The notes below the pieces were generated by a model. It ran no database searches, was not told the DNA's origin, and saw only the letters and a list, made by a program, of their open reading frames with translations. 64,000 bases of DNA from Escherichia phage C6. Where the stretch lies: sequence record MW679410.1; one strand, given 5' to 3'. The position numbers and the translations under genes were made by a program. This document shows, one piece after another, positions 1 to 9,265 of this stretch; position 1 is the first letter of the stretch, and each line of letters opens with the position of its first letter.

Positions 1-37
1 ACATTATACTCCAAGGGAGGAGATTCCTCCCTATGCT

Positions 38-736
38 TTAGAACGAGTGGCTTGAGCCTGCTTCCATAGCCAATACATAAGAAGCTTGTGAACCTTCAAA
101 CTTGGCTGCGAAACGAGCATCTTGACCTTCACCACGAGCCCATAGCAATACATGGTAATCGGCTGGCATCATTTTCATATTGGTTTTGTTGATAATGAAT
201 TTGAATTCAGGGCCATCATGGTCTGCAACCACTAAGGAATACAATGGACGCGCCAGGTCCTTATCATCAACTTGTTTGTAACCATTGATTACAATTTTAC
301 CATTGTCTACAGTGATTGCAAATGTATCAATACTCAGTCCAGAGGACACACGCATCAACTGTTGGTAATCTTCAGCTTTAAGGTCAAAAATAACTTCAGC
401 CACTGGGAACGGAATAGCTTTGCTTGGGAATGCAATTGTGCTTGGGTCGGCAATAGGCCACTTAATAGTTGAACGTTGGTCTTTAATAATTAAAGTGGTT
501 TGGTCTTCACTTACCGAAACTTCAGCACTATCGGATACCAATGACAGAATACTTAAGAAGCCGTTCAAATCATAAATTGCGGCTTCGATATCAAAGGTGT
601 CATTTACAGTAGCTTCACCATAACTTGCACCCGTTACTGAACGAGTTAGAATAGTGTTACCAGGTTTAAGCATGATACCTGGGTTAATACCGGAGAAGTT
701 TTTCAGAATGTTCAGAGTTTCTTTAGAGAATTTCAT
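38..736 (-). CDS. 45: DNA polymerase sliding clamp gp45
   Basis: 232 aa; N-terminus and length match recalled T4 gp45 (MK.SK.T..LKNF..INSGIML); synteny with rpbA/46/47. Confidence 0.95.
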   Translation of the reverse strand: MKFSKETLNILKNFSGINPGIMLKPGNTILTRSVTGASYGEATVNDTFDIEAAIYDLNGFLSILSLVSDSAEVSVSEDQTTLIIKDQRSTIKWPIADPSTIAFPSKAIPFPVAEVIFDLKAEDYQQLMRVSSGLSIDTFAITVDNGKIVINGYKQVDDKDLARPLYSLVVADHDGPEFKFIINKTNMKMMPADYHVLLWARGEGQDARFAAKFEGSQASYVLAMEAGSSHSF

Positions 737-761
737 AATGTTTCCTTATCAAGTCAAATTA

Positions 762-1175
762 TTAAGCAATAACGATCATTTGTTTACGAATGGATTCAGG
801 CAGAGATTCAATATACTCTGGAATCTGGGAAGCAACAATAGCACCAGCTTCAAGCAGTTGTTCGTCAAAATCTACGCAATAATCATCTTCGAGACGTTCA
901 GAACCATCACGGTCGATAACCAGTTTAGCACCTGCGGCCAGTGAATCATTATAGTGGCGACGCATAATTTCTACCCACTTATCGGATACGTCGTTATCAA
1001 TGATACCGTAGAGCATGAACTTAGTTTCTTGTGGAAGAGACTGCAGACGACGTGCAGAGTCGGTATCAATATTCAGTACCCATGATTTACGGATACGGTT
1101 TTGGTTATGTGGGTTGGAATCGGTACGAATGGTTTTAACTTGGATATCTTTAACAGTAATAGCGTTAGCAAACAT
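762..1175 (-). CDS. rpbA: RNA polymerase-binding protein RpbA (by position)
   Basis: Track ORF starts at TTG; trimmed to internal ATG (MFANAITV); lies between 45 and 45.2 as in T4; start uncertain. Confidence 0.5.
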   Translation of the reverse strand: MFANAITVKDIQVKTIRTDSNPHNQNRIRKSWVLNIDTDSARRLQSLPQETKFMLYGIIDNDVSDKWVEIMRRHYNDSLAAGAKLVIDRDGSERLEDDYCVDFDEQLLEAGAIVASQIPEYIESLPESIRKQMIVIA

Positions 1176-1194
1176 AATATTTTCTCTCATTTGG

Positions 1195-1235
1195 TTGGTA
1201 GATGTATTATAAATCAATATTTTAAAGCACTTAAT
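1195..1235 (-). promoter_or_regulatory. Candidate T4 middle promoter (MotA box TGCTTTA plus -10 TATAAT) upstream of rpbA
   Basis: Minus strand reads AAGTGCTTTAAAATATTGATTTATAAT; MotA-box-like element about 12 nt upstream of a -10 hexamer. Confidence 0.4.
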
Positions 1236-1427
1236 TTAATCAAAGTATTCATAAACGAACCAGGCAGGGTTCCTGTTCGACATGATTTTAACATACTCTG
1301 ACTTAAAAGCATTTCGGAGATAATCTTCAGTAACAAGATGTTCGTCACCGGAGAAGTTGTTAACTAAAACATACCGCTTTAGTTCAGGAACGGCCAACAA
1401 ATGCTGGCCTGTTATAAAATCACTCAT
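1236..1427 (-). CDS. Hypothetical protein (45.2-like position)
   Basis: 63 aa ATG ORF; 4-nt overlap with gene 46 stop; synteny. Confidence 0.6.
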   Translation of the reverse strand: MSDFITGQHLLAVPELKRYVLVNNFSGDEHLVTEDYLRNAFKSEYVKIMSNRNPAWFVYEYFD

Positions 1428-3106
1428 TCCATCACCGTGAATCGTCCAACTTTCTTCATTTGAAGATGTTGGCCATAAGCTTGTGGGTCATGGTCTCGGT
1501 GAGAGATAATGAACACGTTCGTATCCTCAAGGCTATTCAAGATGGTTGCAATGGTCTTAACGCCTTCAGCGTCAGTAGCACTGTCAAATACCTCATCAAG
1601 AATTAACGTGCTGATATTAACACCTGATACCTTTGAAGCAATATCACGCCATGTAAAAAGTAGTGCGATATCAATACGTGCTTTCTCACCCTGTGAAAAT
1701 GAAGCATAACTAAAGTCTTCACGTCCACGTGATTTAATCGTCTCATTGAACTCTTCGTCCAGTGTAAAGACGTAGTCGGCTTCCATAATCTTCAAATAAG
1801 AATTTATCTGCTTATTAAAGATAGGAATGTATTTCTTAATAATGGAACCTTTAATACCGGTGTCCTTCAACATTTCTGTCAGAATTCCACGATGATATTT
1901 TTCCATTACTAAGGACGATTTGGTAGAGACGATTTTATCAAGCTCTGCTTGAAGCGTGGCAATCTCTTCGGCGTTACTTACGAACTCAGCAGCTGCTTGG
2001 TCGATTAATACTTTAACTTTTTTAGCTTTCTCTACAGCAGTAATGGCTTGTTGCTTATGAGTAGCTATCTGAGATTTAATAGCCAGCGCTTTATTACGTT
2101 GTTCGGTTACTTGGTCCTTAATGAGCTTGAGTTCTTGGTACTGCTCATTAATCTTATCCAAAGATTTTTGAAGCTCAAAGTTCTTATCCTTAATTTTAGT
2201 AAGGATATTTCCATGCTCTTCCAATCCTTGCATACATGTAGGACAACTACCGCCGGTTTCGTATAATTTCACGACCTTAGTAAAGGTTGCCATATCATTC
2301 TTGATTGCAAATCCTTTATTGCTCAGGTCACTCATAGAGTCGCTAGGGTCATCATCGACGATGACATTGAGTAATTCATCAGTCAGTTTTTCTATGTTGC
2401 CCTTCGCAGTCCTGGCTTCTTTAACGAGCTCATCGTACATTGTTTGTAGACGTGCTGCATTTTCACCAGATAATTTACGCTGACGTTCTTCATTGTCATT
2501 ATAAATTTTAATTTGCTGGGTAATAGAATCCTGTTTAACGTCGATTACTTGGATTTGGCTATTGGTCTCACGAATCAAAGATTTGTTCAACTTGTCCATA
2601 TCCGCTAATACAGAAACCTCTAAGAGGTCTTCCACAAGCTTTCGGCGCGCAGGGGTCGACAAACCCATGAAAGGGGTATACCCTGCTGTACCAAGTACGA
2701 CAATCTGTTTGAAACTGGTATATGACATTCCGATAAGCTGTTCAAATTCTGCTTGGAAGTCTTTACTGCTGGCAGATTCATCAAGACGTTCACCGCCACA
2801 AGAGATTTCAAAAATATTGGGTTTTTGCCCGCGCTTGATATAGTATTCTTTGCCATCATATTCCATCCACAGTTCGACCAAAAGGTCTTTCTTATTACTT
2901 GAGTTAATCAACTGCCCTTTCTTAACATCACGAAAAGGCTTACCGAACAGAGCAAATGTAACGGCTTCAAGGAACGTAGATTTCCCAGCGCCATTTTTAC
3001 CGGTGACTAAGGTCTTTTGGACCTTATCAAGTTGGATTGTAATAGATTGCTGACCTACCGACATAATATTTTTATACGTTACTTTCTTTAACTTAAACGT
3101 TTTCAT
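1424..3106 (-). CDS. 46: Recombination endonuclease subunit gp46 (Rad50/SbcC-like ATPase)
   Basis: 560 aa, same length as T4 gp46; Walker A GKNGAGKST; long coiled-coil middle; C-terminal LILDEVFD signature. Confidence 0.95.
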   Translation of the reverse strand: MKTFKLKKVTYKNIMSVGQQSITIQLDKVQKTLVTGKNGAGKSTFLEAVTFALFGKPFRDVKKGQLINSSNKKDLLVELWMEYDGKEYYIKRGQKPNIFEISCGGERLDESASSKDFQAEFEQLIGMSYTSFKQIVVLGTAGYTPFMGLSTPARRKLVEDLLEVSVLADMDKLNKSLIRETNSQIQVIDVKQDSITQQIKIYNDNEERQRKLSGENAARLQTMYDELVKEARTAKGNIEKLTDELLNVIVDDDPSDSMSDLSNKGFAIKNDMATFTKVVKLYETGGSCPTCMQGLEEHGNILTKIKDKNFELQKSLDKINEQYQELKLIKDQVTEQRNKALAIKSQIATHKQQAITAVEKAKKVKVLIDQAAAEFVSNAEEIATLQAELDKIVSTKSSLVMEKYHRGILTEMLKDTGIKGSIIKKYIPIFNKQINSYLKIMEADYVFTLDEEFNETIKSRGREDFSYASFSQGEKARIDIALLFTWRDIASKVSGVNISTLILDEVFDSATDAEGVKTIATILNSLEDTNVFIISHRDHDPQAYGQHLQMKKVGRFTVME

Positions 3107-3327
3107 GTATTGTTCTCACGAATTGTTTGTTCAGCATATTCTAGCATTTCTTCGGAAGAAGCAAACACGTCGTCAAGTTCCATGGCCCATGAAACACCTT
3201 CAGAATATTCAGAAGTGACATACATAGTTCCGGTATACCAAGAACCATCCACGTCCCATTCTACATTACCGAACCAGCCATCGCCAATATGAAAATCATG
3301 TTTATACATTTTCATCATTATAAGCAT
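3103..3327 (-). CDS. Hypothetical protein (46.1-like)
   Basis: 74 aa; ATG start; 4-nt overlap with neighbours. Confidence 0.5.
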   Translation of the reverse strand: MLIMMKMYKHDFHIGDGWFGNVEWDVDGSWYTGTMYVTSEYSEGVSWAMELDDVFASSEEMLEYAEQTIRENNT

Positions 3328-3565
3328 CCTTGATGCATGATTCAGCCATATGAATTAATGTTTCTGGAGTATCATCTACCATTACATTAAAGCTAAATTC
3401 CACAGCCCAATCAGTAGCAACATAAACTTTAATAAGCTCGTTGGTATCGCGAGTGCTCACGGCTTCAAACCAGAACTTAATTGTATTAGGTTGTCCGTCG
3501 TCATCAATAACGATACAGTCGTGTTCTAGTTCAAGTCCTGATTTTTTGAATTCATCTAAAGTCAT
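3302..3565 (-). CDS. Hypothetical protein (46.2-like)
   Basis: 87 aa; ATG start; translationally coupled to gene 47. Confidence 0.5.
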   Translation of the reverse strand: MTLDEFKKSGLELEHDCIVIDDDGQPNTIKFWFEAVSTRDTNELIKVYVATDWAVEFSFNVMVDDTPETLIHMAESCIKDAYNDENV

Positions 3566-4584
3566 CGTGTAACCTCATTATAAAGTTGTGCAGCCATAGT
3601 CTTAAGGGCTTTAACATCGTCTTCAGTGTGGCCATCAGGAAGGGCATCGATATAATCATACATCATATCCAAGAGGGACTTAACTTCATCTTCCTCTTCA
3701 GAATCATCGATATCAACACTGTTATCTACCTTAGACACGATACGTAAAGAATGGACCACCTTTTCAAGCTCTGATTCGAACTTAGTAAGACCGTCATCAA
3801 TTTTATCGACTATAACACGAACTGCGATATTTGTAAAATCTTTGTAATCGATAGTCGCGTTAGGATAATGAATCTTACGGTGCCAACAGGTTTCATTAAT
3901 GATGAAATCCATCTTATGAGTTTCTGTGTCGAAAATCCAGAATCCGCGAGGGTCGTTCTCGTCACCAGCAGTCAGGGTCCATGGCGTACCAATATACTTA
4001 ACGTTTGCTGCATCAGAAATAGTATGGAAGTGTCCAGACCATACCTGCTTATACTTCTTAAGGAAATCAGGTTCTAAACCATGAGATTTCATTCCTTTAT
4101 AGAAATAGAAACCATTTAATTCCCAGTGACCTATACAGAAATCTGCTGTGGTATTTTTGATATGCTCCATGATATCGGTAGTGTTTTCTTCACACATCCA
4201 TGGAATCAAATCAATTTCGGTGCCATCAAAATTAACCGTAGTAGGTTTCTCAATAACCTTGATATGGTCATATTTACCCAGAACTTCTGAAGCTGCGTTC
4301 GGAGTTAGGGTATTTTTGTAGTGCATATCATGGTTGCCAACGATAGTATACATGGTAATGCCGTTGGCTTTAAGCAAATCGGAGATTTCGCGAGCGAATT
4401 CCATGCACTTGTGGGTAATTGCTTTACGAACGTCAAAGATATCACCGTACTGAATCCAGACAGTAATGCCATTTGCTTTAGAATAATTAATAGCGTCTTG
4501 GATACCTTGACGTTGGATATTTTGTACCCATACATCATCGGCCTTAACTCCAAGGTGCCAGTCACCTGTGTTTAATATTTTCAT
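3562..4584 (-). CDS. 47: Recombination endonuclease subunit gp47 (Mre11/SbcD-like nuclease)
   Basis: Start trimmed to MKILNTGDWHLG, matching the recalled T4 gp47 N-terminus; phosphoesterase motifs GDWHLG, GNHD. Confidence 0.95.
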   Translation of the reverse strand: MKILNTGDWHLGVKADDVWVQNIQRQGIQDAINYSKANGITVWIQYGDIFDVRKAITHKCMEFAREISDLLKANGITMYTIVGNHDMHYKNTLTPNAASEVLGKYDHIKVIEKPTTVNFDGTEIDLIPWMCEENTTDIMEHIKNTTADFCIGHWELNGFYFYKGMKSHGLEPDFLKKYKQVWSGHFHTISDAANVKYIGTPWTLTAGDENDPRGFWIFDTETHKMDFIINETCWHRKIHYPNATIDYKDFTNIAVRVIVDKIDDGLTKFESELEKVVHSLRIVSKVDNSVDIDDSEEEDEVKSLLDMMYDYIDALPDGHTEDDVKALKTMAAQLYNEVTR

Positions 4585-4724
4585 AAGCCAAGCGCCGTTA
4601 TCGCAGTGCAAAATAAAATTATTGAAATGAACCCGTCAGGAGTGGAAAAGAATCCTATCCAACAAGCTCGTGTGAATGTATAGAATGCCATGAATAGCAC
4701 GACATATCCTAAAAATAATTCCAT
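4581..4724 (-). CDS. Small hydrophobic ORF (47 aa), stop overlapping the gene 47 start
   Basis: Read from sequence (MELFLGYVVLFMAFYTFT...); SD GAGGAGAA upstream; below track length cut-off. Confidence 0.3.
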   Translation of the reverse strand: MELFLGYVVLFMAFYTFTRACWIGFFSTPDGFISIILFCTAITALGL

Positions 4725-4763
4725 ATGTTCTCCTCAGTTTAGACTATTGTACTCCGATATACC

Positions 4764-4795
4764 TAAAGCAAAAAAGGAGCCTAAGCTCCTTTACC
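4764..4795 (-). terminator. Rho-independent terminator (minus strand)
   Basis: Minus strand GGAGCTTAGGCTCC hairpin followed by TTTTTT. Confidence 0.5.
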
Positions 4796-5227
4796 AACTA
4801 ATACACCGTACAGAGGTTCGTGATTAGACCTGAACTTGATAGGCTTATATGTAATAGTACCTTCATTTTCTGCTTTAATACGAGCGGCTTCAAATTTAAG
4901 CAACATCTCATTTTTGTCAGATTTAATCTTATCAAAATCCATCGAATTCGTCATTCATACAACCTCTTAAACTTTTTCATATTCGTCATTCATAAGCTTA
5001 AAAATCAGGGTGTTCGTCTTTCATTAGCCACCTGTCCATGTTATCATCGTTGCCACCATTTCTTAAGTTGGTGTGAATCCACCCAAACCTTGGCTACAGG
5101 CTCAATCTGAAAAATACCATCAGAATATTGACCCATCATTTTGTATTCGGTTTCGGACTGCTTAATACAGATATTACCGTATGAGCGAAGTCTAAAGGCG
5201 GCTCCAATAAGAAGCCGTTTAAAGGGT

Positions 5228-5539
5228 TTATTTACTAGAGCCATTGACGATTTCCCAAATTTGTTTGCGGGTAGATTCCCACATCAATTGAACAAGTTCA
5301 TCAGTAACAGGTTGACGGTAAATACCACGTAATTTAATTAAAGCGTACTTATATGCTTCAAAGTTGTTTTCAAGTACAGCGCCTTGGGCATGGAGATTTA
5401 AACGACGGATTTCACGAGCATTCTTCTTAAGAATCTTAGCCGCTTGAGAATTAGCTTCTTTAATATTGTGCTCTTCTAAACGTTGCTGGGCTTCTTCAAT
5501 TTGCTCATCAGTCAATTGAGAAATGTCATGGCTTTGCAT
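5228..5539 (-). CDS. Hypothetical protein
   Basis: 103 aa; ATG with AAGGA SD; occupies the position where T4 has a-gt/47.1. Confidence 0.55.
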   Translation of the reverse strand: MQSHDISQLTDEQIEEAQQRLEEHNIKEANSQAAKILKKNAREIRRLNLHAQGAVLENNFEAYKYALIKLRGIYRQPVTDELVQLMWESTRKQIWEIVNGSSK

Positions 5540-5540
5540 A

Positions 5541-5771
5541 TTAATCCTTTGGAGTCAATTCAATAGTGAAGTAGAAATTAGCGTTCTCAACATGATAACG
5601 ATAATCTACGTTATTGTCAGGAGAAGTGAATTCAATATTCCTGACGTTAAGTGGGTCAATATCAATAGGAAGGCCTTTAACATCCCGTAATATCAATTTA
5701 ATAAAATAAGGGAGTGCTTCGAAGTCTTCCATTCCATCTAAAAGTGGAGTGATATTAATCTGATGTTCCAT
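5541..5771 (-). CDS. Hypothetical protein (start uncertain)
   Basis: Track ORF starts with a non-ATG codon inside gene 55; trimmed to internal Met (MEHQ...); alternative start MEDF at 5732. Confidence 0.4.
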   Translation of the reverse strand: MEHQINITPLLDGMEDFEALPYFIKLILRDVKGLPIDIDPLNVRNIEFTSPDNNVDYRYHVENANFYFTIELTPKD

Positions 5772-6312
5772 ATAAAAAATCCAGTTCGCCAACTTTAGGT
5801 TCGGCACTCTTATCAGACCCTGGTGCTTTAGTTAAAGAGGTTTCATACTGAGTCATTTTGTCGTAGATATCTTGGATAAAGGTTTCATCTGCAATACCTA
5901 CCATGTCGTCATCATTACTGTCATAGACGTTATGGACGAAGTAGCTATATTTCTTTGCCATTTCTTTACGTTCTTTTTTGATACGCTGAACGAAGGCATT
6001 AAAACAAGCCATAGTGATATATGCATGTGGGTTGTCGTATTTTGTTTCGTCGAAGTTGTGAAGACCTTTAATCGAAGCTTCGATTCCGTCAGCAATCATT
6101 TCTTGCTTCCAAGATTGGGTATATCCTGAGAAGTTGAAACGTTTACTTAGTCCTTCAGCAATGAGCATAATAGCCAAGCCAATAACGTCGTTCTGGCGAA
6201 CTATTTTATTAGGATCGGTATTTTCTCTGAGCTCTGTTTTCCATTGGGTAATAGCTTTCAGAAGCTCCTTATTATTTACATAGTTATTTTTAGTCAGTTT
6301 AATTTCGGTCAT
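5755..6312 (-). CDS. 55: Late-transcription sigma factor gp55
   Basis: 185 aa, same length as T4 gp55; long identical blocks to recalled T4 sequence ([57 protein letters not shown]). Confidence 0.95.
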   Translation of the reverse strand: MTEIKLTKNNYVNNKELLKAITQWKTELRENTDPNKIVRQNDVIGLAIMLIAEGLSKRFNFSGYTQSWKQEMIADGIEASIKGLHNFDETKYDNPHAYITMACFNAFVQRIKKERKEMAKKYSYFVHNVYDSNDDDMVGIADETFIQDIYDKMTQYETSLTKAPGSDKSAEPKVGELDFLYGTSD

Positions 6313-6378
6313 TGTTACCTCAGATAACTCAAATCATAGGTCTATTATATCATAGTATTTGAAGACCCTTTTAAAGCA

Positions 6379-6642
6379 TCAACGGAGTAAGCAATAAGCC
6401 TGAAATACTGTTTCAAGGATTTTTTTGAACTCTTCAAAGGAAGGAGCTCCTTCAAACCCTTGGCTTTGAATGTAAAGACAGAATTGTTGGTAAAGGACCA
6501 AATATTCTGATTGGTTATATTTGGAAATATGAGACTTCCATACTTCGGAAGTCTCTCCACAAATAAACTCAACATTCATATAGCTATCTATTAAGAAAAT
6601 CCCTAGTCCTTCGTAGGCGAGGGTAGTGGATACAGGGGTCAT
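6379..6642 (-). CDS. Hypothetical protein
   Basis: 87 aa minus-strand ORF in early block. Confidence 0.45.
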   Translation of the reverse strand: MTPVSTTLAYEGLGIFLIDSYMNVEFICGETSEVWKSHISKYNQSEYLVLYQQFCLYIQSQGFEGAPSFEEFKKILETVFQAYCLLR

Positions 6643-6905
6643 TGTAGGAATCGAGCTCCTTCCAGTGCATCATCAAGATTATCAAACTCATCGACGTAAT
6701 CAACACCGCCAACTTCGTCCTTCGCATACAACCAATACTGGTGGAATTCGTATTCAATAATAAAGTGGTCGCCCTCAATCTGGAGAACCCCATCGCCATT
6801 AAATTGAACTGCATAACCGGTAAAGCGGACATCATTCAGGAGTTCTTCTTTCATAGCAATCATTTCCAAGTTTTTATCGTAATTAGAGAGTTTTATTTTA
6901 ATCAT
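6639..6905 (-). CDS. Hypothetical acidic protein
   Basis: 88 aa; 4-nt overlaps with flanking ORFs. Confidence 0.5.
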   Translation of the reverse strand: MIKIKLSNYDKNLEMIAMKEELLNDVRFTGYAVQFNGDGVLQIEGDHFIIEYEFHQYWLYAKDEVGGVDYVDEFDNLDDALEGARFLQ

Positions 6906-7146
6906 TTAAATAATCCTCAAATTCATTTAATGTCATGCCTTCGTCCCAAGCTGTTTTAGGATTAGGCATTTTCATATAAGTGGTCTCAGAGCTTATAGGA
7001 AATATCCTGAAATCACGACGGATTACACTTAGCCTCTTAGCCGCTTTTATAACAGTTTCAATATTATCCATCATGGGTGTACGTTGGAAACCGGCTAAAG
7101 CTTTAAGGACGATTATAACCGATACACCTTCAGGCAAATTACTCAT
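6898..7146 (-). CDS. Hypothetical protein
   Basis: 82 aa; translationally coupled. Confidence 0.5.
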   Translation of the reverse strand: MSNLPEGVSVIIVLKALAGFQRTPMMDNIETVIKAAKRLSVIRRDFRIFPISSETTYMKMPNPKTAWDEGMTLNEFEDYLND

Positions 7147-7472
7147 TTTGCCGCCTTAACAATTTTAAGGTCGACGAATTTTTTCTTACGTTGGTTTTTC
7201 ATACGACGGATAGTTTTATCCGAGATTTCACCAGGGGCCCAAGCTTTAGATTCTACACCAAAGGCAGCGACATCGAATTCATCAAGGATATATTGAACCA
7301 GGATTTCACGAATACCGTTCTTACCAATTTTCTGGTCTTTAGAGTGCATGATTGGTAACAGTTCAGCAACCCATTGGTCAAGAACCTGAGGAGTTACAAA
7401 ACCGGTTTTCATCAGTTCGTTTACTTTATCGAAAGCGAAAGAGTTCAGTACGTTTTTAATAGCTTGTGACAT
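7143..7472 (-). CDS. Hypothetical protein
   Basis: Track start is TTG upstream of a promoter; trimmed to MSQAIKNV with SD GAGGAAA. Confidence 0.5.
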   Translation of the reverse strand: MSQAIKNVLNSFAFDKVNELMKTGFVTPQVLDQWVAELLPIMHSKDQKIGKNGIREILVQYILDEFDVAAFGVESKAWAPGEISDKTIRRMKNQRKKKFVDLKIVKAAK

Positions 7473-7511
7473 AATAATTTCCTCAGTTTTAAAGTTATAA
7501 TCCGTAGGACC

Positions 7512-7541
7512 ATTATACTCTGGTCCCAAGAGTTTGTAAAC
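7512..7541 (-). promoter_or_regulatory. T4 early-type sigma70 promoter (-35 GTTTAC, -10 TATAAT)
   Basis: Minus strand GTTTACAAACTCTTGGGACCAGAGTATAAT; 18-nt spacer. Confidence 0.55.
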
Positions 7542-7741
7542 TATTTTTGTGCTTTAGCACCTTTCCAACCTTCATACATCATTGCGGCGGAAATTAACAA
7601 AGCACCCGAGCAACTTGAATATTTGTGATTCCAAAACCAGTTTAGAAAAACTTCGTCATCAATACCTTGGGCCATCATATTTTCAAAGAACTGACGACGG
7701 GCTTCAGCAATACGTTGTGATAATTTAGATTCAGGATTCAT
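7541..7741 (-). CDS. Hypothetical protein (start trimmed)
   Basis: Track ORF 7541..7789 overlaps upstream ORF; internal Met chosen. Confidence 0.35.
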   Translation of the reverse strand: MNPESKLSQRIAEARRQFFENMMAQGIDDEVFLNWFWNHKYSSCSGALLISAAMMYEGWKGAKAQK

Positions 7742-7742
7742 T

Positions 7743-7874
7743 TTAAATTTTCCAATTGCCATTTTCATCAATGAATTCAATCCAGTCATTTACTGACCAC
7801 TTGGTTGTATCGCCTTTTGGAGCCACATTTAAAGTATATAACCCTTGCTTAAAAAGCATTCGTTTGATATTCAT
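7743..7874 (-). CDS. Hypothetical small protein (start trimmed)
   Basis: Track ORF 7743..7967 overlaps upstream ORF by 86 nt; internal Met chosen. Confidence 0.3.
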   Translation of the reverse strand: MNIKRMLFKQGLYTLNVAPKGDTTKWSVNDWIEFIDENGNWKI

Positions 7875-7881
7875 ATTTTCC

Positions 7882-8175
7882 TCAGCTGTAACGATAACAT
7901 TCGTTTGATTTACGTTTTGCAACTTGATGAGAAGTATTGTAATCAGGTTCATCGTCGTTGTAAACATCTTTTTTCAGCTTTCTCACTTCTTTACGAAGCT
8001 GGCGATTCATTTCATTCTTAACTTCAGAATCAACACCGCGCATACGTTTCCACTTGTCAGAACGGAAGATATTTTCTTCAACCAAATCCTGACTTACGCC
8101 GTCCGGTGCTTTACGACGTCCGGAATAATAAAAATCTTTTACAGACAATTCTTTACGACGGATAGTTTTACCCAT
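7882..8175 (-). CDS. Hypothetical basic protein
   Basis: 97 aa, Lys/Arg-rich. Confidence 0.45.
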   Translation of the reverse strand: MGKTIRRKELSVKDFYYSGRRKAPDGVSQDLVEENIFRSDKWKRMRGVDSEVKNEMNRQLRKEVRKLKKDVYNDDEPDYNTSHQVAKRKSNECYRYS

Positions 8176-8177
8176 AG

Positions 8178-8432
8178 TTACCTCAGCAGTTTGTATCCAA
8201 TAAGATTTTTAATGTATTGGACATCTTTGACATCCAAATCTAACTTAATATCTTTCAGGCGTTCGGCCAGAGTAAGAAATGTTACACGTTTCCAATTCTT
8301 AACAGGACAGCAATAAGTTTTAGGGCCGTTAGCGATTTCAATATTCTTATCAGTGATGGTGATAAAAATCAAACGTTCATCATCAAGATTAAGGGTGGCG
8401 ACATTTTTCATTGAGTGTAATTTCAGGCTCAT
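8178..8432 (-). CDS. Hypothetical protein
   Basis: 84 aa ATG ORF. Confidence 0.5.
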   Translation of the reverse strand: MSLKLHSMKNVATLNLDDERLIFITITDKNIEIANGPKTYCCPVKNWKRVTFLTLAERLKDIKLDLDVKDVQYIKNLIGYKLLR

Positions 8433-8611
8433 GATTTAATTTCCTTTGCTACTGAACAAAATAAAGAACGGTCGCACACCATCAATGGGGCATCAGGGTG
8501 AGTCAAAGGTTGATACCATACATCAAGATTTGTTACCTTTGTTACTTGAACAGGGTAGCCATTTACTGAATAATACTGGTCGACTTTAATTTCTTTATCT
8601 TGGATAGTCAT
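8429..8611 (-). CDS. Hypothetical protein
   Basis: 60 aa; SD GAGGAG; directly downstream of early promoter. Confidence 0.5.
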   Translation of the reverse strand: MTIQDKEIKVDQYYSVNGYPVQVTKVTNLDVWYQPLTHPDAPLMVCDRSLFCSVAKEIKS

Positions 8612-8640
8612 AATGTTCTCCTCATGTGTTGATAGGATAG

Positions 8641-8669
8641 ACTATAACACGTGAGGAGAGGAAGTAAAC
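8641..8669 (-). promoter_or_regulatory. T4 early-type promoter with inverted repeat that can pair with the downstream SD
   Basis: Minus strand GTTTAC, 17-nt spacer, TATAGT; CTCCTCACGTGTT in spacer is complementary to AACACATGAGGAG at the SD. Confidence 0.5.
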
Positions 8670-8670
8670 A

Positions 8671-8988
8671 CTAATCTTCAATTAAATCTTGGTCATAGCC
8701 AAGTTCAATCAAAAGTGATTTGAAGGCAGGAATATTTTCTATTTTCTTATTATCGACAAAGATGACAGGATAGCGTATCGCTAAGCTCTTGAAGCCTGCA
8801 CGTTTGGCCAATGATACTATAAGAGGCTTGTCATATACTGCGCCTGACGGCGTCTGGTTAATCACAGGATAGAAAGTATGTGGGATAGAAAGGGAATTTA
8901 GGAGCGATAGAACTGCAATGCACCCTGGACAGCGCATGACTGTCTCAGGGATACCGTAAATCTCAATTTTAGTTAACTTTTGGTCCAC
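8671..8988 (-). CDS. Thioredoxin-fold protein (glutaredoxin/NrdH-like, CPGC motif)
   Basis: 105 aa; IYG...CPGC redox-motif context; lies where T4 has nrdH-type genes. Confidence 0.45.
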   Translation of the reverse strand: MDQKLTKIEIYGIPETVMRCPGCIAVLSLLNSLSIPHTFYPVINQTPSGAVYDKPLIVSLAKRAGFKSLAIRYPVIFVDNKKIENIPAFKSLLIELGYDQDLIED

Positions 8989-9265
8989 AGGAAATAACTC
9001 CTTGGTAGTCCCAGGTTTTTAGAACTTCGTCCTCATTAGTTCCATACGGGACGTAAATCTGAATAAGAAAACCAGTGTCATCGAAAGAGAAATAAACAGT
9101 CGGTTTAATACCATGAATCTCTGACAGGGCATAGATGTCCTTGAGGTCTTCTTCCTTACCGACAAAGAATTCCGGGTTCAGGTCACAGTCATGGAAGTAC
9201 CAATCATCACCGAATTTGTCCCATGCGGTCCAATTGGTAGCTACATATTCTTCAAAACGTTTCAT
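8969..9265 (-). CDS. Hypothetical protein
   Basis: 98 aa ATG ORF. Confidence 0.5.
   Translation of the reverse strand: MKRFEEYVATNWTAWDKFGDDWYFHDCDLNPEFFVGKEEDLKDIYALSEIHGIKPTVYFSFDDTGFLIQIYVPYGTNEDEVLKTWDYQGVISCGPKVN

Noticed and set aside
3562-4611. N-terminal extensions in the ORF track (e.g. gene 47 MHCDNGAWL..., gene 6, 15, 16, denV, nudE)
   Set aside because: Extensions precede the conserved T4 start, often begin with non-ATG codons or overlap upstream promoters/genes; starts were trimmed to the internal Met matching T4 or having an SD.
5750-5825. Apparent frameshift at the 3' end of gene 55
   Set aside because: My base-by-base reading here disagreed with the ORF track by a single C placement (about 5760 versus 5820); the track gives an intact gp55 matching T4, so this is a transcription/reading discrepancy, not biology.
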